Of a stretch of DNA of 64,000 nt, positions 43,624-53,756 are shown piece after piece. The translations under genes were made by a program, and so were the position numbers. The notes beneath the pieces were generated by a model. The model worked only from the letters and a program-made list of their open reading frames with translations. It had not been told where the DNA came from and searched no databases. The number at the start of each line of letters is the position of its first letter. The first letter of the stretch is position 1. The stretch is from Lachnospiraceae bacterium (GTDB lineage Bacteria; Bacillota; Clostridia; Lachnospirales; Lachnospiraceae), in assembly GCA_051877855.1 (NCBI GenBank), contig JBJEJH010000052.1, positions 1,041-65,040 on the forward strand, read 5' to 3'.

Positions 43624-44262
43624 TTATAAATATTGCACACAACAATTATTCATTTTCTCGTAAGACAAAGTGGTAGCGTCCCCGTGTCCCGGATAGACTT
43701 TCACATCATCCGGCAAAACAAATAACTTATCCCGAATGGACTTTAATAATTCTGCCGGGCTACCTGTCGGAAAATCCGTCCGTCCCACCGATTCATGGAA
43801 AATCGTATCACCGCTCATCAGGATATGTTCTTCCTCCAGATAATAGCAACAGCTTCCCTTCGTATGCCCCGGTGTATGCAGTACCTTAAATTTCATGCCC
43901 GCAACATCCAGAACCTCTCCATCCTTCACCGTATGACCAATCCTCCACACCCGTGAATCCAGAAAGGAGCTGGAGAGATTCCATGCCGCACTTTGAATGA
44001 TTTCCTGTTCATCCTCATGTCCGTAGCATTCAATATCATATTTTTCGCAGATCACGCTTCCTGCCATCATATGATCAAAATGTCCGTGGGTCAGAAAAAC
44101 CGCCTTGGGAATATAACCCTTTTCTTCTACCCGCTCTATAATGGCATTGCTGTTATCCGCCGGATCCACGATAACGGTCTCCATGGTATCTTCATTGACA
44201 ATAAAGTAACAATTGGTTCCAACCATTCCTAAGGTCTTATAGTCTACTTTTACCTTCGCCAT
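43624..44262 (-). CDS. MBL-fold metallo-hydrolase
   Basis: THGHFDH motif. Start at the ATG at 44262, 8 nt after AAGGAG. Confidence 0.85.
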   Translation of the reverse strand: MAKVKVDYKTLGMVGTNCYFIVNEDTMETVIVDPADNSNAIIERVEEKGYIPKAVFLTHGHFDHMMAGSVICEKYDIECYGHEDEQEIIQSAAWNLSSSFLDSRVWRIGHTVKDGEVLDVAGMKFKVLHTPGHTKGSCCYYLEEEHILMSGDTIFHESVGRTDFPTGSPAELLKSIRDKLFVLPDDVKVYPGHGDATTLSYEKMNNCCVQYL

Positions 44263-44288
44263 ATGCCACACTCCTTAATGATTTGAAT

Positions 44289-46628
44289 CTATCCTCTGGT
44301 TCTCTCGATATCAAGCACGCCTTCCACATTACGGATTTTTTCCACCATTCCCTGTAATTCCTCTGTGGAATGAACATCAAAGGAAATCAGAATCGTCGCC
44401 TTTCCCTGCTTATTAATGCGGCAGTTCATAGCCGAAACACCAATATTACGCTCTGTGAGCACCTTTGTAATATCCACGATAATACCAATTCGATTGATGG
44501 CATAGATACTAATCTCCACCGAATACTTCTCATTCTGAGTAATACTATCCGCCTGCCACTCCGCATCAATAAGGCGATTTTGCTCTATCGTAGGCAGATT
44601 CAGTACATTGACACAATCCGTGCGATGGATGGAGATTCCTCTTCCTCTTGTAACAAAACCAACAATTTCATCCCCCGGAACCGGCATACAACATCTTGAA
44701 AATCGAACCGCTACATCATCCACGCCCTTAACAATGATGCCACTGGAAGCCTTCTTATGCACACTCTTCTCCTCGGCATTGGCGCCCGTGGAACTTTGAT
44801 TTCCTACACTGGCCACATGTGCCCGTTCAATGGATGCAAGGATATCCTCATCGGTAAGTTCCTTCTTTTTCTTCTTCTCCAGTTCTTCACTCAGCTTATT
44901 AACAACCTGGCTTTCCTTCAATCCACCATGGCCTACTGCTGCCAGAAGAGAATCCCAATCATGGAACCCGTACTTGGTCAGGGTCTTTTCCTGAAGCTCC
45001 GGTACCATAATTTCCGACAGATTGATGTTCTTACCCTTACAGTAAGTATTGATAAGTTCTCGTCCGCGGATAATATTATCTTCCTTTAATTCCTGTTTAA
45101 ACCACTGATTGATCTTATTGCGGGCCTGGGCACTCTTGACGATCGCCAGCCAGTCTCGGCTCGGGCCCTTGGAATTGCCTGAAGTCAGGATTTCAACACG
45201 ATCACCATTCTTTAATACATAATCAATATTAACTAATCTGCCATTAACCTTGGCTCCCACCATCTTGTTACCCACGGCACTGTGAATGCTGTAGGCAAAG
45301 TCAATCGGTGTGGAACCCGCCGGCAGGTTTTTAACATCGCCGGATGGAGTAAAGCAGTATACCGCATCGGAGAACAAATTCAAATCACTCTTAACCGAAG
45401 AGATAAATTCCTTATTATCGGACATATCCTTCTGCCACTCTAAGATCTGACGCAGCCATGCCATCTTTGCCTGCTCGTTGTCATCCCCCTTATTGCCTTC
45501 CTTATATTTCCAATGTGCCGCAATACCATACTCTGCAATACGATGCATCTCATGGGTACGAATCTGAATCTCAAAGGGTTGTCCCGTGGAAGAAATCAGC
45601 GTCGTGTGCAGTGACTGATACATATTCTGCTTCGGCATGGCGATATAATCCTTGAATCGTCCCGGAATCGGCTTATACATTTCATGAATCACACCCAGTG
45701 CGGCATAACAATCCTTCACCGTCTCCACACGGATACGAACTGCAAAGATATCATAGATCTGATCCAAGGTCTTATTCTGATTCACCATCTTACGATAGAT
45801 ACTGAAGAAATGCTTTACACGTCCGTCAATCTGTGCTTCGATTCCCGCATTGTCAATATGCATCTTTACTTCACGAATAATACTTGTGATAAAGGTCTCT
45901 CTTTCCTTTTGACTAAGACTGATGGTCTGAACCAGATCGCGATAAACTTCCGGCATCAGATACTTCATGGAAAGATCATCCAGTTCCACCTTGATTTTGG
46001 AAATACCCAGACGACTTGCAATCGGAGAATAGATCTCCATGGTTTCCTTGGACTTTTCCTTCTGTTTCTCCGGTTTCTGATACTGCATGGTACGCATATT
46101 ATGGAGTCGGTCGGCAAGCTTTACAAGCACGACACGGATATCCTTTGCCATGGCAAGAAACATCTTTCGAAGATTTTCTGCCTGAAGCTCCACTTTATCC
46201 GTGGAATAATTCAACTGGGTCAACTTCGTAACGCCATCCACCAGAAGCGCAATTTCCTCACCGAATTCCCGCACAAGATCATCATGGGTCATCACGGTAT
46301 CTTCCACTACGTCATGAAGAAGACCGGCCACGATGGTCTCCTTATCCAGTTCCAGATCTGCCAGAATAATCGCAACGCAGATCGGGTGAATAATATAGGG
46401 TTCACCGGATTTACGTTTCTGCCCATCATGTGCCTTGTAAGCAATCTGATATGCTTTTTCAATCATACTGAGATCCGTATTCGGGCGGTAACGCTTAATA
46501 CTCTTAATTAACTCTGCATACAATTCCTCCGGGCTGGTAAAATCAGCCGGTGCTGAAACGGCCTTCTCTTCTTGTACAATTTTTTCGTTAATGTTCTTCT
46601 CCTCTATCATAGCGCACCTGCTTTCCAT
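44289..46628 (-). CDS. relA: bifunctional (p)ppGpp synthetase/hydrolase (RSH)
   Basis: HD domain (HPICVAIIL...LHDVVEDT), synthetase domain, and TGS and ACT regions; 779 aa. Confidence 0.93.
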   Translation of the reverse strand: MESRCAMIEEKNINEKIVQEEKAVSAPADFTSPEELYAELIKSIKRYRPNTDLSMIEKAYQIAYKAHDGQKRKSGEPYIIHPICVAIILADLELDKETIVAGLLHDVVEDTVMTHDDLVREFGEEIALLVDGVTKLTQLNYSTDKVELQAENLRKMFLAMAKDIRVVLVKLADRLHNMRTMQYQKPEKQKEKSKETMEIYSPIASRLGISKIKVELDDLSMKYLMPEVYRDLVQTISLSQKERETFITSIIREVKMHIDNAGIEAQIDGRVKHFFSIYRKMVNQNKTLDQIYDIFAVRIRVETVKDCYAALGVIHEMYKPIPGRFKDYIAMPKQNMYQSLHTTLISSTGQPFEIQIRTHEMHRIAEYGIAAHWKYKEGNKGDDNEQAKMAWLRQILEWQKDMSDNKEFISSVKSDLNLFSDAVYCFTPSGDVKNLPAGSTPIDFAYSIHSAVGNKMVGAKVNGRLVNIDYVLKNGDRVEILTSGNSKGPSRDWLAIVKSAQARNKINQWFKQELKEDNIIRGRELINTYCKGKNINLSEIMVPELQEKTLTKYGFHDWDSLLAAVGHGGLKESQVVNKLSEELEKKKKKELTDEDILASIERAHVASVGNQSSTGANAEEKSVHKKASSGIIVKGVDDVAVRFSRCCMPVPGDEIVGFVTRGRGISIHRTDCVNVLNLPTIEQNRLIDAEWQADSITQNEKYSVEISIYAINRIGIIVDITKVLTERNIGVSAMNCRINKQGKATILISFDVHSTEELQGMVEKIRNVEGVLDIERTRG

Positions 46629-46689
46629 AACAAACCTTTTCCATAAACTCCACTACTTGTAAACGGATTTTTTCTTAAATCTCTCAAAA

Positions 46690-46753
46690 TAAAAAAAGGA
46701 CTAATAATCCATATTAGCCCTTATATTATAAAAGTTATGATAGAAAAATGCAA
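46690..46753 (-). promoter_or_regulatory. near-consensus sigma-A promoter directly followed by an intrinsic terminator hairpin, upstream of relA
   Basis: Minus strand: TTGCAT (46753..46748), 17 nt, TATAAT (46730..46725). The hairpin GGGCUAAUAU-GGA-UUAUUAGUCC (46720..46698) and U7 (46697..46691) follow. Confidence 0.5.
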
Positions 46754-46757
46754 GCCT

Positions 46758-48770
46758 TCACATTCCCATAATGGAAAACGCCCGGATTCCTTCCTCATTG
46801 ACAATATACACATAATCCCCTATATAGACACTCCGTGTCCCGTAAATATTACTGTCATTTAAGTCAAAGCTTACAAGTTCCACAAATCCGGCATTCGTAT
46901 AAGTGTAGACACGATAGGTGCAGGATGCCCCTGTACGGTTATAATAATCCTCCGTAACAAAACCGAAGAGATTCTTCTGCGGATCAATCATCACCATCTT
47001 GTAATCATACAGGGCCGGTGAATAAGCGGCATCATTCAGAATCATCTTATCTTCCTCCGTGACATCATACGGATCCGTGATATCAAACATGGAAAGCTTG
47101 ATGTAATCCTGATTCCAGCCTTGTTTATTTTCCATCTGCTCTATTCCGATTCCAAGAAGTCTGCCGTCGCCATACGCATGCAGATACTCTGAGAATCCCG
47201 GTATTTTCAGTGCTCCCATGATTTTCGGATTTTGGGGATCAGACAAATCCACAGAATAAAGCGGGTCTGTTTCACGATAGGTTACAAAATACGCCGTATC
47301 CCCCATGTAACGCGCCGAATAAATACGTTCTCCCTGGGCCAGTCCTTCGATACTTCCTGCCACATTTAAATCCTTATCCAGCACAAATACATTATTGACA
47401 CTTCCCCCATTGGACGGATAACCGGTCGTCATCATTCGGAGATATCCGTTATATTCATTTACTGCAAAGGTATCCTTTACCACACCCGGCACCTTTCCCT
47501 CCGATATGGCACCAATCAGTCCGTTCTCACTGACATAATCGATTTTACGGATATCCGTGACGCGGTTTCCCCCATTTTTTCCGGAATCATAGGATGTACG
47601 GTAAAGGTACATGTTCTCATTTCCCATGTAGAATGTTCCGTTAAATCCAAGCACCGCCGCCGAATCGATTTTTTTCATATCTTCCGTGATGTCCACACTG
47701 GAAATCACTGTATACACAGTACCTTCTGACTCTTCCGGAATATAGATATCCTCCGGCGCAATCAGTTCATCGCAGACAAAGGGAATAAATGTTTTCGGAT
47801 TGGATTTCTTTATATTATTCACATCACTGTAAACCTCTGTGACAACATAAACGATATCTTTGATCTTTCTCGTCTCTATACTTTCCCCCTCCTGTGAAAA
47901 AGCACCGACATATTCCGGATTTTTCCTATTCGTGATATTATACTTTACCAGGGTAACCTGATATTTATCATCCCGGTAAGAACTTCCTGTGGCAAGCAGG
48001 ACATCCCCATCTACGTAAATTTCACTCAGGCTTCCAAGACCTTCGATATATAGATTGGTTATCTTTTCCGTCTTTTCACCGTCAACGCTGTAAATCGTTA
48101 CCGTGTGCAGGTCAGAACTTGCATAATAAATATATTTTCCATCCGTCTTTATGATATCCGCCTCATCGATCCCAACGGTCTGAACATTGGTTTTCGAATA
48201 TCCTGTACCTCCCCCGGCTTCCTCCGGTGAACCTTCCATGGTTCCCATTGTTCCGCTTGCCGCCGTATCCGAAGCCGCCCATGTTTCTTGCTTAACCATT
48301 TCATTTTCAAGTATACCATCGTATCCATTGGTTGCAGTCTTTTTATTGCCTCCGTCAAATAACTTTACGAACCAGTTTTGTTCCGGTGTCTTATATTGGG
48401 CAAGCTCCTCATAAACCTCATCATAGCCGGACACATTTCCCGTCCGGGCAATGACAGGACTTTCTTCCTGTTCCATGCTGATGGATTCACTGTTATCCAC
48501 CCCTGCCATGTCAGATTTTATGGTATTATTCTGTTTTCCGATTATTCCCTGATAAGCAAATACTGCCACAATCAGTACCGCCGCTGCCGATACCAGCCCT
48601 GCCGTTTTTCTGGTGGTAACACCCCTTCTTATTTTCTCAAAGGAAATCACTTTCTTTTTCTTCTTCGAATCACTGATTGTATTCATAATGTTTTCCGGCA
48701 AAAGTTTTTCCGGCACATGAATATCTTTTGTGCTTTCATTCAACTGCTCTATAATCTTCTTCTCATCCAT
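46758..48770 (-). CDS. membrane-anchored beta-propeller-domain protein (probable anti-sigma partner)
   Basis: Short cytoplasmic N-terminus, one TM helix, then YMGDTAYFVTYRETDPLYSVDLSDPQNPKIMG...GFSEYLH, typical of the Beta_propel family. Lies directly downstream of the ECF sigma gene. Confidence 0.7.
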   Translation of the reverse strand: MDEKKIIEQLNESTKDIHVPEKLLPENIMNTISDSKKKKKVISFEKIRRGVTTRKTAGLVSAAAVLIVAVFAYQGIIGKQNNTIKSDMAGVDNSESISMEQEESPVIARTGNVSGYDEVYEELAQYKTPEQNWFVKLFDGGNKKTATNGYDGILENEMVKQETWAASDTAASGTMGTMEGSPEEAGGGTGYSKTNVQTVGIDEADIIKTDGKYIYYASSDLHTVTIYSVDGEKTEKITNLYIEGLGSLSEIYVDGDVLLATGSSYRDDKYQVTLVKYNITNRKNPEYVGAFSQEGESIETRKIKDIVYVVTEVYSDVNNIKKSNPKTFIPFVCDELIAPEDIYIPEESEGTVYTVISSVDITEDMKKIDSAAVLGFNGTFYMGNENMYLYRTSYDSGKNGGNRVTDIRKIDYVSENGLIGAISEGKVPGVVKDTFAVNEYNGYLRMMTTGYPSNGGSVNNVFVLDKDLNVAGSIEGLAQGERIYSARYMGDTAYFVTYRETDPLYSVDLSDPQNPKIMGALKIPGFSEYLHAYGDGRLLGIGIEQMENKQGWNQDYIKLSMFDITDPYDVTEEDKMILNDAAYSPALYDYKMVMIDPQKNLFGFVTEDYYNRTGASCTYRVYTYTNAGFVELVSFDLNDSNIYGTRSVYIGDYVYIVNEEGIRAFSIMGM

Positions 48771-48790
48771 TGCCAATTCCTCATTCCTTC

Positions 48791-49288
48791 TTAATCATTC
48801 AATTCCCTTGCCATTTTTTCCAGTGTTCTTTTCCGGATACTGCGGACTGTGTTGGCATTCATTTTAAGAATCCCACCAATTTCCCTGCTGTCGTATCCGC
48901 CAAATACCGAAAGTGCCACAATCATGCGTTCTTTTTGTGGGAGTTTTAAAAACATCTGCTTTACCGAAAGGTTCAGTGCCATGTCTATATATTCCGCTTC
49001 CTCCGGCACTTCCCCATCGGCTGCCACATAATAGTCCCTCATTTTTACCTTACATTTGTTGGACAGAATCCTAAAAATCCATGTCCCGAACACATCCGGA
49101 TTTTTTAATTTGCTTATGCCGGCATAAGCGTCTGCCATCGTTTCACTTACCGCATCCTCTGCGTCATGCACGCCCCTTAACGTGTATGCGGCATAGCGGT
49201 ATAACTTCGTGTAATACATTTTGTATAGTTCTACAAAAGCATCCTTTTCCCCTGCGATGGCTAATATCACAAGTTTCCTCTCATCCAT
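48791..49288 (-). CDS. ECF-type sigma-70 family RNA polymerase sigma factor
   Basis: Region 2 (FVELYKMYYTKLYRYA...DAEDAVSET) and region 4 (GGYDSREIGGILKMNANTVRSIRKR). Start at the ATG at 49288 after GGAGAA. Confidence 0.85.
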   Translation of the reverse strand: MDERKLVILAIAGEKDAFVELYKMYYTKLYRYAAYTLRGVHDAEDAVSETMADAYAGISKLKNPDVFGTWIFRILSNKCKVKMRDYYVAADGEVPEEAEYIDMALNLSVKQMFLKLPQKERMIVALSVFGGYDSREIGGILKMNANTVRSIRKRTLEKMARELND

Positions 49289-49368
49289 GTCTTTTCTCCA
49301 ATCGATCGATTCTTCCGTAAGCAACGGATTTTACTATATTCTGTACTTAGTCTTTTCATATAATATAG

Positions 49369-49421
49369 CAAAAAATCCATTTTTTAACACCTACATACTA
49401 TAAGTGTTTGAAAAATGGATT
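49369..49421 (-). terminator. intrinsic terminator after the ABC exporter pair
   Basis: 17-bp near-perfect stem AATCCATTTTTCAAACAC / GTGTTAAAAAATGGATT followed by a U-run on the minus strand. Confidence 0.7.
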
Positions 49422-49474
49422 CCTGTTGCATAAATTGGTAATTTTTTCAAAATATTTAAGAAAGCCAACGGTGC

Positions 49475-51304
49475 CTATTCAAACTGCGCGTAGTACATTT
49501 TCTTATAAATTCCATCCTGCGCAATCAGTTGGGAGTGCGTTCCCTGTTCGGCGATTTTTCCGCCTTGTACCACAAGAATGGTGTCTGCGTTACGAATGGT
49601 AGACAACCTGTGAGCGATAACGAAACAGGTCTTGTCTTTCATGAGATTCCTCATTGCCTGCTGAATCAATATTTCCGTCCGTGTATCCACATTGGAAGTT
49701 GCTTCATCCAGGATCAGCATTCTGGTGTCCATAAGCATTGCCCGGGCAATGGTAAGAAGCTGCTTCTGTCCCTTAGAAATATTGGTTCCTTCCTCGGTGA
49801 GGATGGTGTCATAACCATCCGGAAGGGATTCAATAAAATCATGTACCCTTGCTGCCTTGGCTGCCGCAATGACTTCCTCCCTTGTGGCGTTTTCCCTGCC
49901 ATAGGCTATATTTTCAAAAACCGTTCCCGTAAACAGCCAGGTATCCTGTAATACCATGGAATAGGACCGGCGCAGGGAATCTCTTGTCACCCTGCGGATT
50001 TCGTTATGATCTACATAAATGGCGCCTTCATCCACATCATAAAAACGCATCAACAGATTAATAATGGTAGTCTTTCCGGCACCGGTAGGTCCTACGATTG
50101 CCGTAAGACTGCCTGGTCTGGCATTTAGATTTAAGTCCTTCAGGACAGGTTTTTCCGGCACATATCCAAAGGTTACATCCTCAATCCGTACATCTCCTGT
50201 CACATCCGAAAGTTCTTTGGCTCCAACAATATCCAATGCTTCCTTGGGTTCATCAATGAGACGGAACACTCTCTCCGCTGCTGCAAATGCTGACTGAAAT
50301 TCATTCATGATATTTGCTGCTTCATTAATCGGTCCTGAAAATTTACGGGAATACAAAACAAAGGAGGAAATGTTGCCAAGACTGATTCGCCCCTTGATAA
50401 AGAGAATTGCGCCAAATACCGTAATCAGAGAAAGGGACAGATTGTTGATGAAATTAACGCTGGGACCTGTCATGGTTCCAAAATAATCCGCCTTGTAAAA
50501 TGCACCAACCACCTCGTTGTTGTGCGTATCGAACTTTTGAATTACATTTTCTTCCTGATGATATGCTTTTATGGTCTTATGCCCTGCTATCATTTCCTCC
50601 ACATAACCATTCATTCGTCCGATGGATGCGGAACGTGCCCGAAAAAGCGGTCTGGTTCTTCCTGTCAGGAATTTTGTAATCATAAAAGAAAGCGGAACCG
50701 TAAACACAAATACCAGAATCAACAGCGGCGAAATGGTAATCATCATGGCAAAGGAACCAACCACCGTTATGATACTGGTCAGAATCTGGATAATATCTGT
50801 GGAAAGTGACGTATTAACCGTGTCAATATCATAAGAAATCTTACTTAATATTTCACCGGTCTGATGGGTATCAAAATACGATACCGGAAGTTTCCCCAGG
50901 CTGTCAAAGACATCCTCTCGCATCTTAAAAATGATTTTCTGGCTGATATGGATCATCAGAATGGCAAGCAGATAGGCAAATATGGATGAGAACAGAAAAA
51001 ACACTGCCATCAATGCCGCATAATAATAAACTCTGCTAAAATCCACTTTCCCCACACCCGGTTCAATGGCATCAATGGCAAGACCGGAAAGTTTGGGTCC
51101 TACCAATGATAAGAGATTGCTTGCAAGGGACATGATAAGCGCCAGAAACAAAAGCCACTTAAAATGCAAAAGATACCCTCCAAGGCGTGCAATGACACCA
51201 CGTTTTCCAAGACGTCTTACCGTCTCCTCTTCCGGTCCGTTAAAATTATTTTTACCCCGTCCTGCGCCCTGCACTTCGCGAAGTGTTGATTCAAAGCTTG
51301 CCAT
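49475..51304 (-). CDS. ABC transporter, fused permease/ATPase (exporter type)
   Basis: Six-TM domain plus Walker A GPTGAGKTT, signature ISKGQKQ and Walker B LILDEATS. Confidence 0.9.
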   Translation of the reverse strand: MASFESTLREVQGAGRGKNNFNGPEEETVRRLGKRGVIARLGGYLLHFKWLLFLALIMSLASNLLSLVGPKLSGLAIDAIEPGVGKVDFSRVYYYAALMAVFFLFSSIFAYLLAILMIHISQKIIFKMREDVFDSLGKLPVSYFDTHQTGEILSKISYDIDTVNTSLSTDIIQILTSIITVVGSFAMMITISPLLILVFVFTVPLSFMITKFLTGRTRPLFRARSASIGRMNGYVEEMIAGHKTIKAYHQEENVIQKFDTHNNEVVGAFYKADYFGTMTGPSVNFINNLSLSLITVFGAILFIKGRISLGNISSFVLYSRKFSGPINEAANIMNEFQSAFAAAERVFRLIDEPKEALDIVGAKELSDVTGDVRIEDVTFGYVPEKPVLKDLNLNARPGSLTAIVGPTGAGKTTIINLLMRFYDVDEGAIYVDHNEIRRVTRDSLRRSYSMVLQDTWLFTGTVFENIAYGRENATREEVIAAAKAARVHDFIESLPDGYDTILTEEGTNISKGQKQLLTIARAMLMDTRMLILDEATSNVDTRTEILIQQAMRNLMKDKTCFVIAHRLSTIRNADTILVVQGGKIAEQGTHSQLIAQDGIYKKMYYAQFE

Positions 51305-51353
51305 GATTATAACTCCTTTTCATAACACCACCAATTTCCCCGTTTGAATAACT

Positions 51354-53081
51354 TTACACCGCCAGCTGTGATTCCCCAATCTCCCTGTAAATCGCACAGT
51401 CCCTCATAAGTTCTTCATGCGTTCCGTATCCCAGAACATTTCCCTGCTCCAATACAAGAATCTTGTCGCAGCTCATGACGGAGCTGATTCGCTGTGCAAT
51501 AATAATGGATGTGGTGTCACCATAATTTTGCACAATTGCCTTACGAACAGCCGCATCTGTCTTATAGTCCAGTGCGCTGGAAGAATCATCCAGAATAAGA
51601 ATTTGCGGATTACCGGCAAGTGCTCTTGCAATGAGAAGTCTCTGTTTCTGTCCACCGCTAAGGTTGGCTCCCTTAATGGCAACCGCCGAATCATAGCCTT
51701 TTTCCATGCTCTCAATATGTCCTGCGATACCGGCATGCTCTGCGGCATTCTCAATCCGCTTCTGATCAAGTCCACGTCCCAGATTAATATTTTCCAGAAC
51801 CGTATCTTCAAATATGGTATCATTCTGAAACGCCACGCCGAACATACTGTGAAGTTCATCCTGCTGGAAGCTTCGGATATCTTTTCCATTAATGAGAATA
51901 CACCCCTCATTGACATCATAAAAACGCATCAAAAGGCTGATAAGCGTTGTCTTTCCCGAACCGGTTGCGCCAATGATTCCAAGCCTTTCCCCTTTTTGTA
52001 ATGCAAAACTGACATGATCTAAGTTCTTATGTCTTCCGTTATAAGAAAACGAAACATTGCGAAACTCAATATGATATTCGCCCTTTGCATCGGAATTCGG
52101 AACATTCGCATAAAGCCGCGATACCGCTTCCATGTCACCACAGGAATCAATGACCTGCATGATACGTCCGGCAGAAGCAACTGCCTGGGACATTTTCACA
52201 AAAAGACGGGTAATGGAAAGCATCGCATTTAAAATAATTGTAAAATATGTTAGAAATGCCACAATCTTGCCGCTCTCCGTAAGTCCCGCATTGACCCGGT
52301 ACGCACCTACCAGAATGACCAGAACCCATCCCATGTTCAGGATGAAATTCATGACCGGATTGGTAATTCCCATGGTCATTGCCGCACGTTTTTCACGGCG
52401 TACCACCTCCGCATTAATGTCCGAAAAAGTTCTTTTTTCATAATCCGTCTTGGAAAGTGCCTTGATGACCCGGATACCGGCCACATTCTCACGAACCTTA
52501 CGAATCAGTACATCCACAGCCTCCTGCTGCTTTGTGTAAAGCGGAATTCCCTTTTTGGAAACCAGATACACCAAGATTCCCATAAAGGGCAGAATTGCCA
52601 CCAGAACCAGTGCAAGGGAGTAATCCAAAGTCAACGTCACCGCAATGCCGCCAATCAGAAGAATCGGCGCACGCACACCAAGTCGCTGCATCATTCCAAT
52701 GGCATTGTGTACATTATAGGTATCGGAAGTCAGACGGGAAACCAGTGAGCTTTCCGTGAATTCATTGACCGTTTTACAGGATAGGTAAGATACCTTTTCA
52801 AACAAATCATGACGAATGGTTTTCATGGAAAGTTCTGCCACCTTGGAAGCAAAACGGTTGGCAAGAATGTTTCCGGACACGGCAAAAAAGGCACATACAA
52901 TCATGAGAAATCCCCACAAGAACACTTTCCGAATGCTCTGTGTCGGAACTACTTCATCAATCATATATGCCAGAATCCATGGTATGAGAAGATCCATGAT
53001 GGTTCCAATGAACTTAATCATGAATCCCCCCGCCATTCGTAGATAATATGGTTTTAAATAATATGTCAGAACCTTTTTCAT
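51354..53081 (-). CDS. ABC transporter, fused permease/ATPase (exporter type)
   Basis: Walker A GATGSGKTT, signature LSGGQKQR and Walker B LILDDSSS. Probable heterodimer partner of 49475..51304. Confidence 0.9.
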   Translation of the reverse strand: MKKVLTYYLKPYYLRMAGGFMIKFIGTIMDLLIPWILAYMIDEVVPTQSIRKVFLWGFLMIVCAFFAVSGNILANRFASKVAELSMKTIRHDLFEKVSYLSCKTVNEFTESSLVSRLTSDTYNVHNAIGMMQRLGVRAPILLIGGIAVTLTLDYSLALVLVAILPFMGILVYLVSKKGIPLYTKQQEAVDVLIRKVRENVAGIRVIKALSKTDYEKRTFSDINAEVVRREKRAAMTMGITNPVMNFILNMGWVLVILVGAYRVNAGLTESGKIVAFLTYFTIILNAMLSITRLFVKMSQAVASAGRIMQVIDSCGDMEAVSRLYANVPNSDAKGEYHIEFRNVSFSYNGRHKNLDHVSFALQKGERLGIIGATGSGKTTLISLLMRFYDVNEGCILINGKDIRSFQQDELHSMFGVAFQNDTIFEDTVLENINLGRGLDQKRIENAAEHAGIAGHIESMEKGYDSAVAIKGANLSGGQKQRLLIARALAGNPQILILDDSSSALDYKTDAAVRKAIVQNYGDTTSIIIAQRISSVMSCDKILVLEQGNVLGYGTHEELMRDCAIYREIGESQLAV

Positions 53082-53606
53082 TTATTTCCCTTCATAGATG
53101 ATAACCGATTCCACATCATAACCGGAGAGTTTTTCACGTCCGTTAAGACCTGCCAGTTCCATCAAGAAGATAATCTTAACAACTTCACCGCCAAGCTGCT
53201 CTACAAGCTTAATACTTGCCTCAACAGTACCACCGGTGGCGATCAGATCATCGACAATAACCACCTTGTCTCCCGGCTTAATAGCATCCTTATGCATTTC
53301 GATGGTAGCACTGCCATATTCCAGATCATAAGACACTTCAATCGTCTCGCATGGGAGCTTACCCTTCTTACGTACCGGAATAAATGGCTTATGAAGATTA
53401 TATGCAATCGGCATACCGAAGATAAATCCTCTGGATTCAAGGCCGACAACCGCATCAAAATCCACGTCCTTCACGAATTCTTCCATCTTCTCAATTGCAA
53501 GATGAAGTCCATCCGGATCCTGCAAAACACTGGTAACATCACGGAAAATAATTCCCTCCTCCGGAAAATCCGGGATGCTTCTTACATAATCTTCCATCTT
53601 TTTCAT
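53082..53606 (-). CDS. apt: adenine phosphoribosyltransferase
   Basis: 174 aa with PRPP-binding motif VVIVDDLIATGGT. Confidence 0.93.
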   Translation of the reverse strand: MKKMEDYVRSIPDFPEEGIIFRDVTSVLQDPDGLHLAIEKMEEFVKDVDFDAVVGLESRGFIFGMPIAYNLHKPFIPVRKKGKLPCETIEVSYDLEYGSATIEMHKDAIKPGDKVVIVDDLIATGGTVEASIKLVEQLGGEVVKIIFLMELAGLNGREKLSGYDVESVIIYEGK

Positions 53607-53638
53607 GATAAAGTTCCTCTTTTCTTTATGTTTATATT

Positions 53639-53751
53639 AGTGTTTGCGATACTACTAAGATATTACATACAGGATATAGTTTGTATATAATATTTCGTGG
53701 CACGTTTGCACTAAGAACGAGCTCGTAGCGCTACATAAGGTGCCAAAATAC
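53639..53751 (+). repeat. copy A of the dispersed repeat; left arm of the inverted repeat flanking the isomerase/epimerase gene
   Basis: GTGTTTGCGATACT...GTTTGTATATAATATTTCGTGGCACGTTTGCACTAAGAACGAGCTCGTAGCGCTACATAAGGTGCCAAAATAC. Its reverse complement matches 54701..54814 at roughly 85-90% by eye. Confidence 0.85.
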
Positions 53752-53756
53752 AATAC

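Noticed and set aside
45684-46511. 275-aa ORF on the plus strand.
   Set aside because: It is entirely antisense to the well-supported relA gene, has no RBS, and its composition is typical of a shadow frame.
53696-53712. Sigma-54 -24/-12-like sequence TGGCACGTTTGCA inside the repeat copies.
   Set aside because: The spacing between GGCAC and TTGCA is about 2 nt, not the roughly 5 nt required (TGGCAC-N5-TTGCW). No sigma-54 activator gene is nearby.
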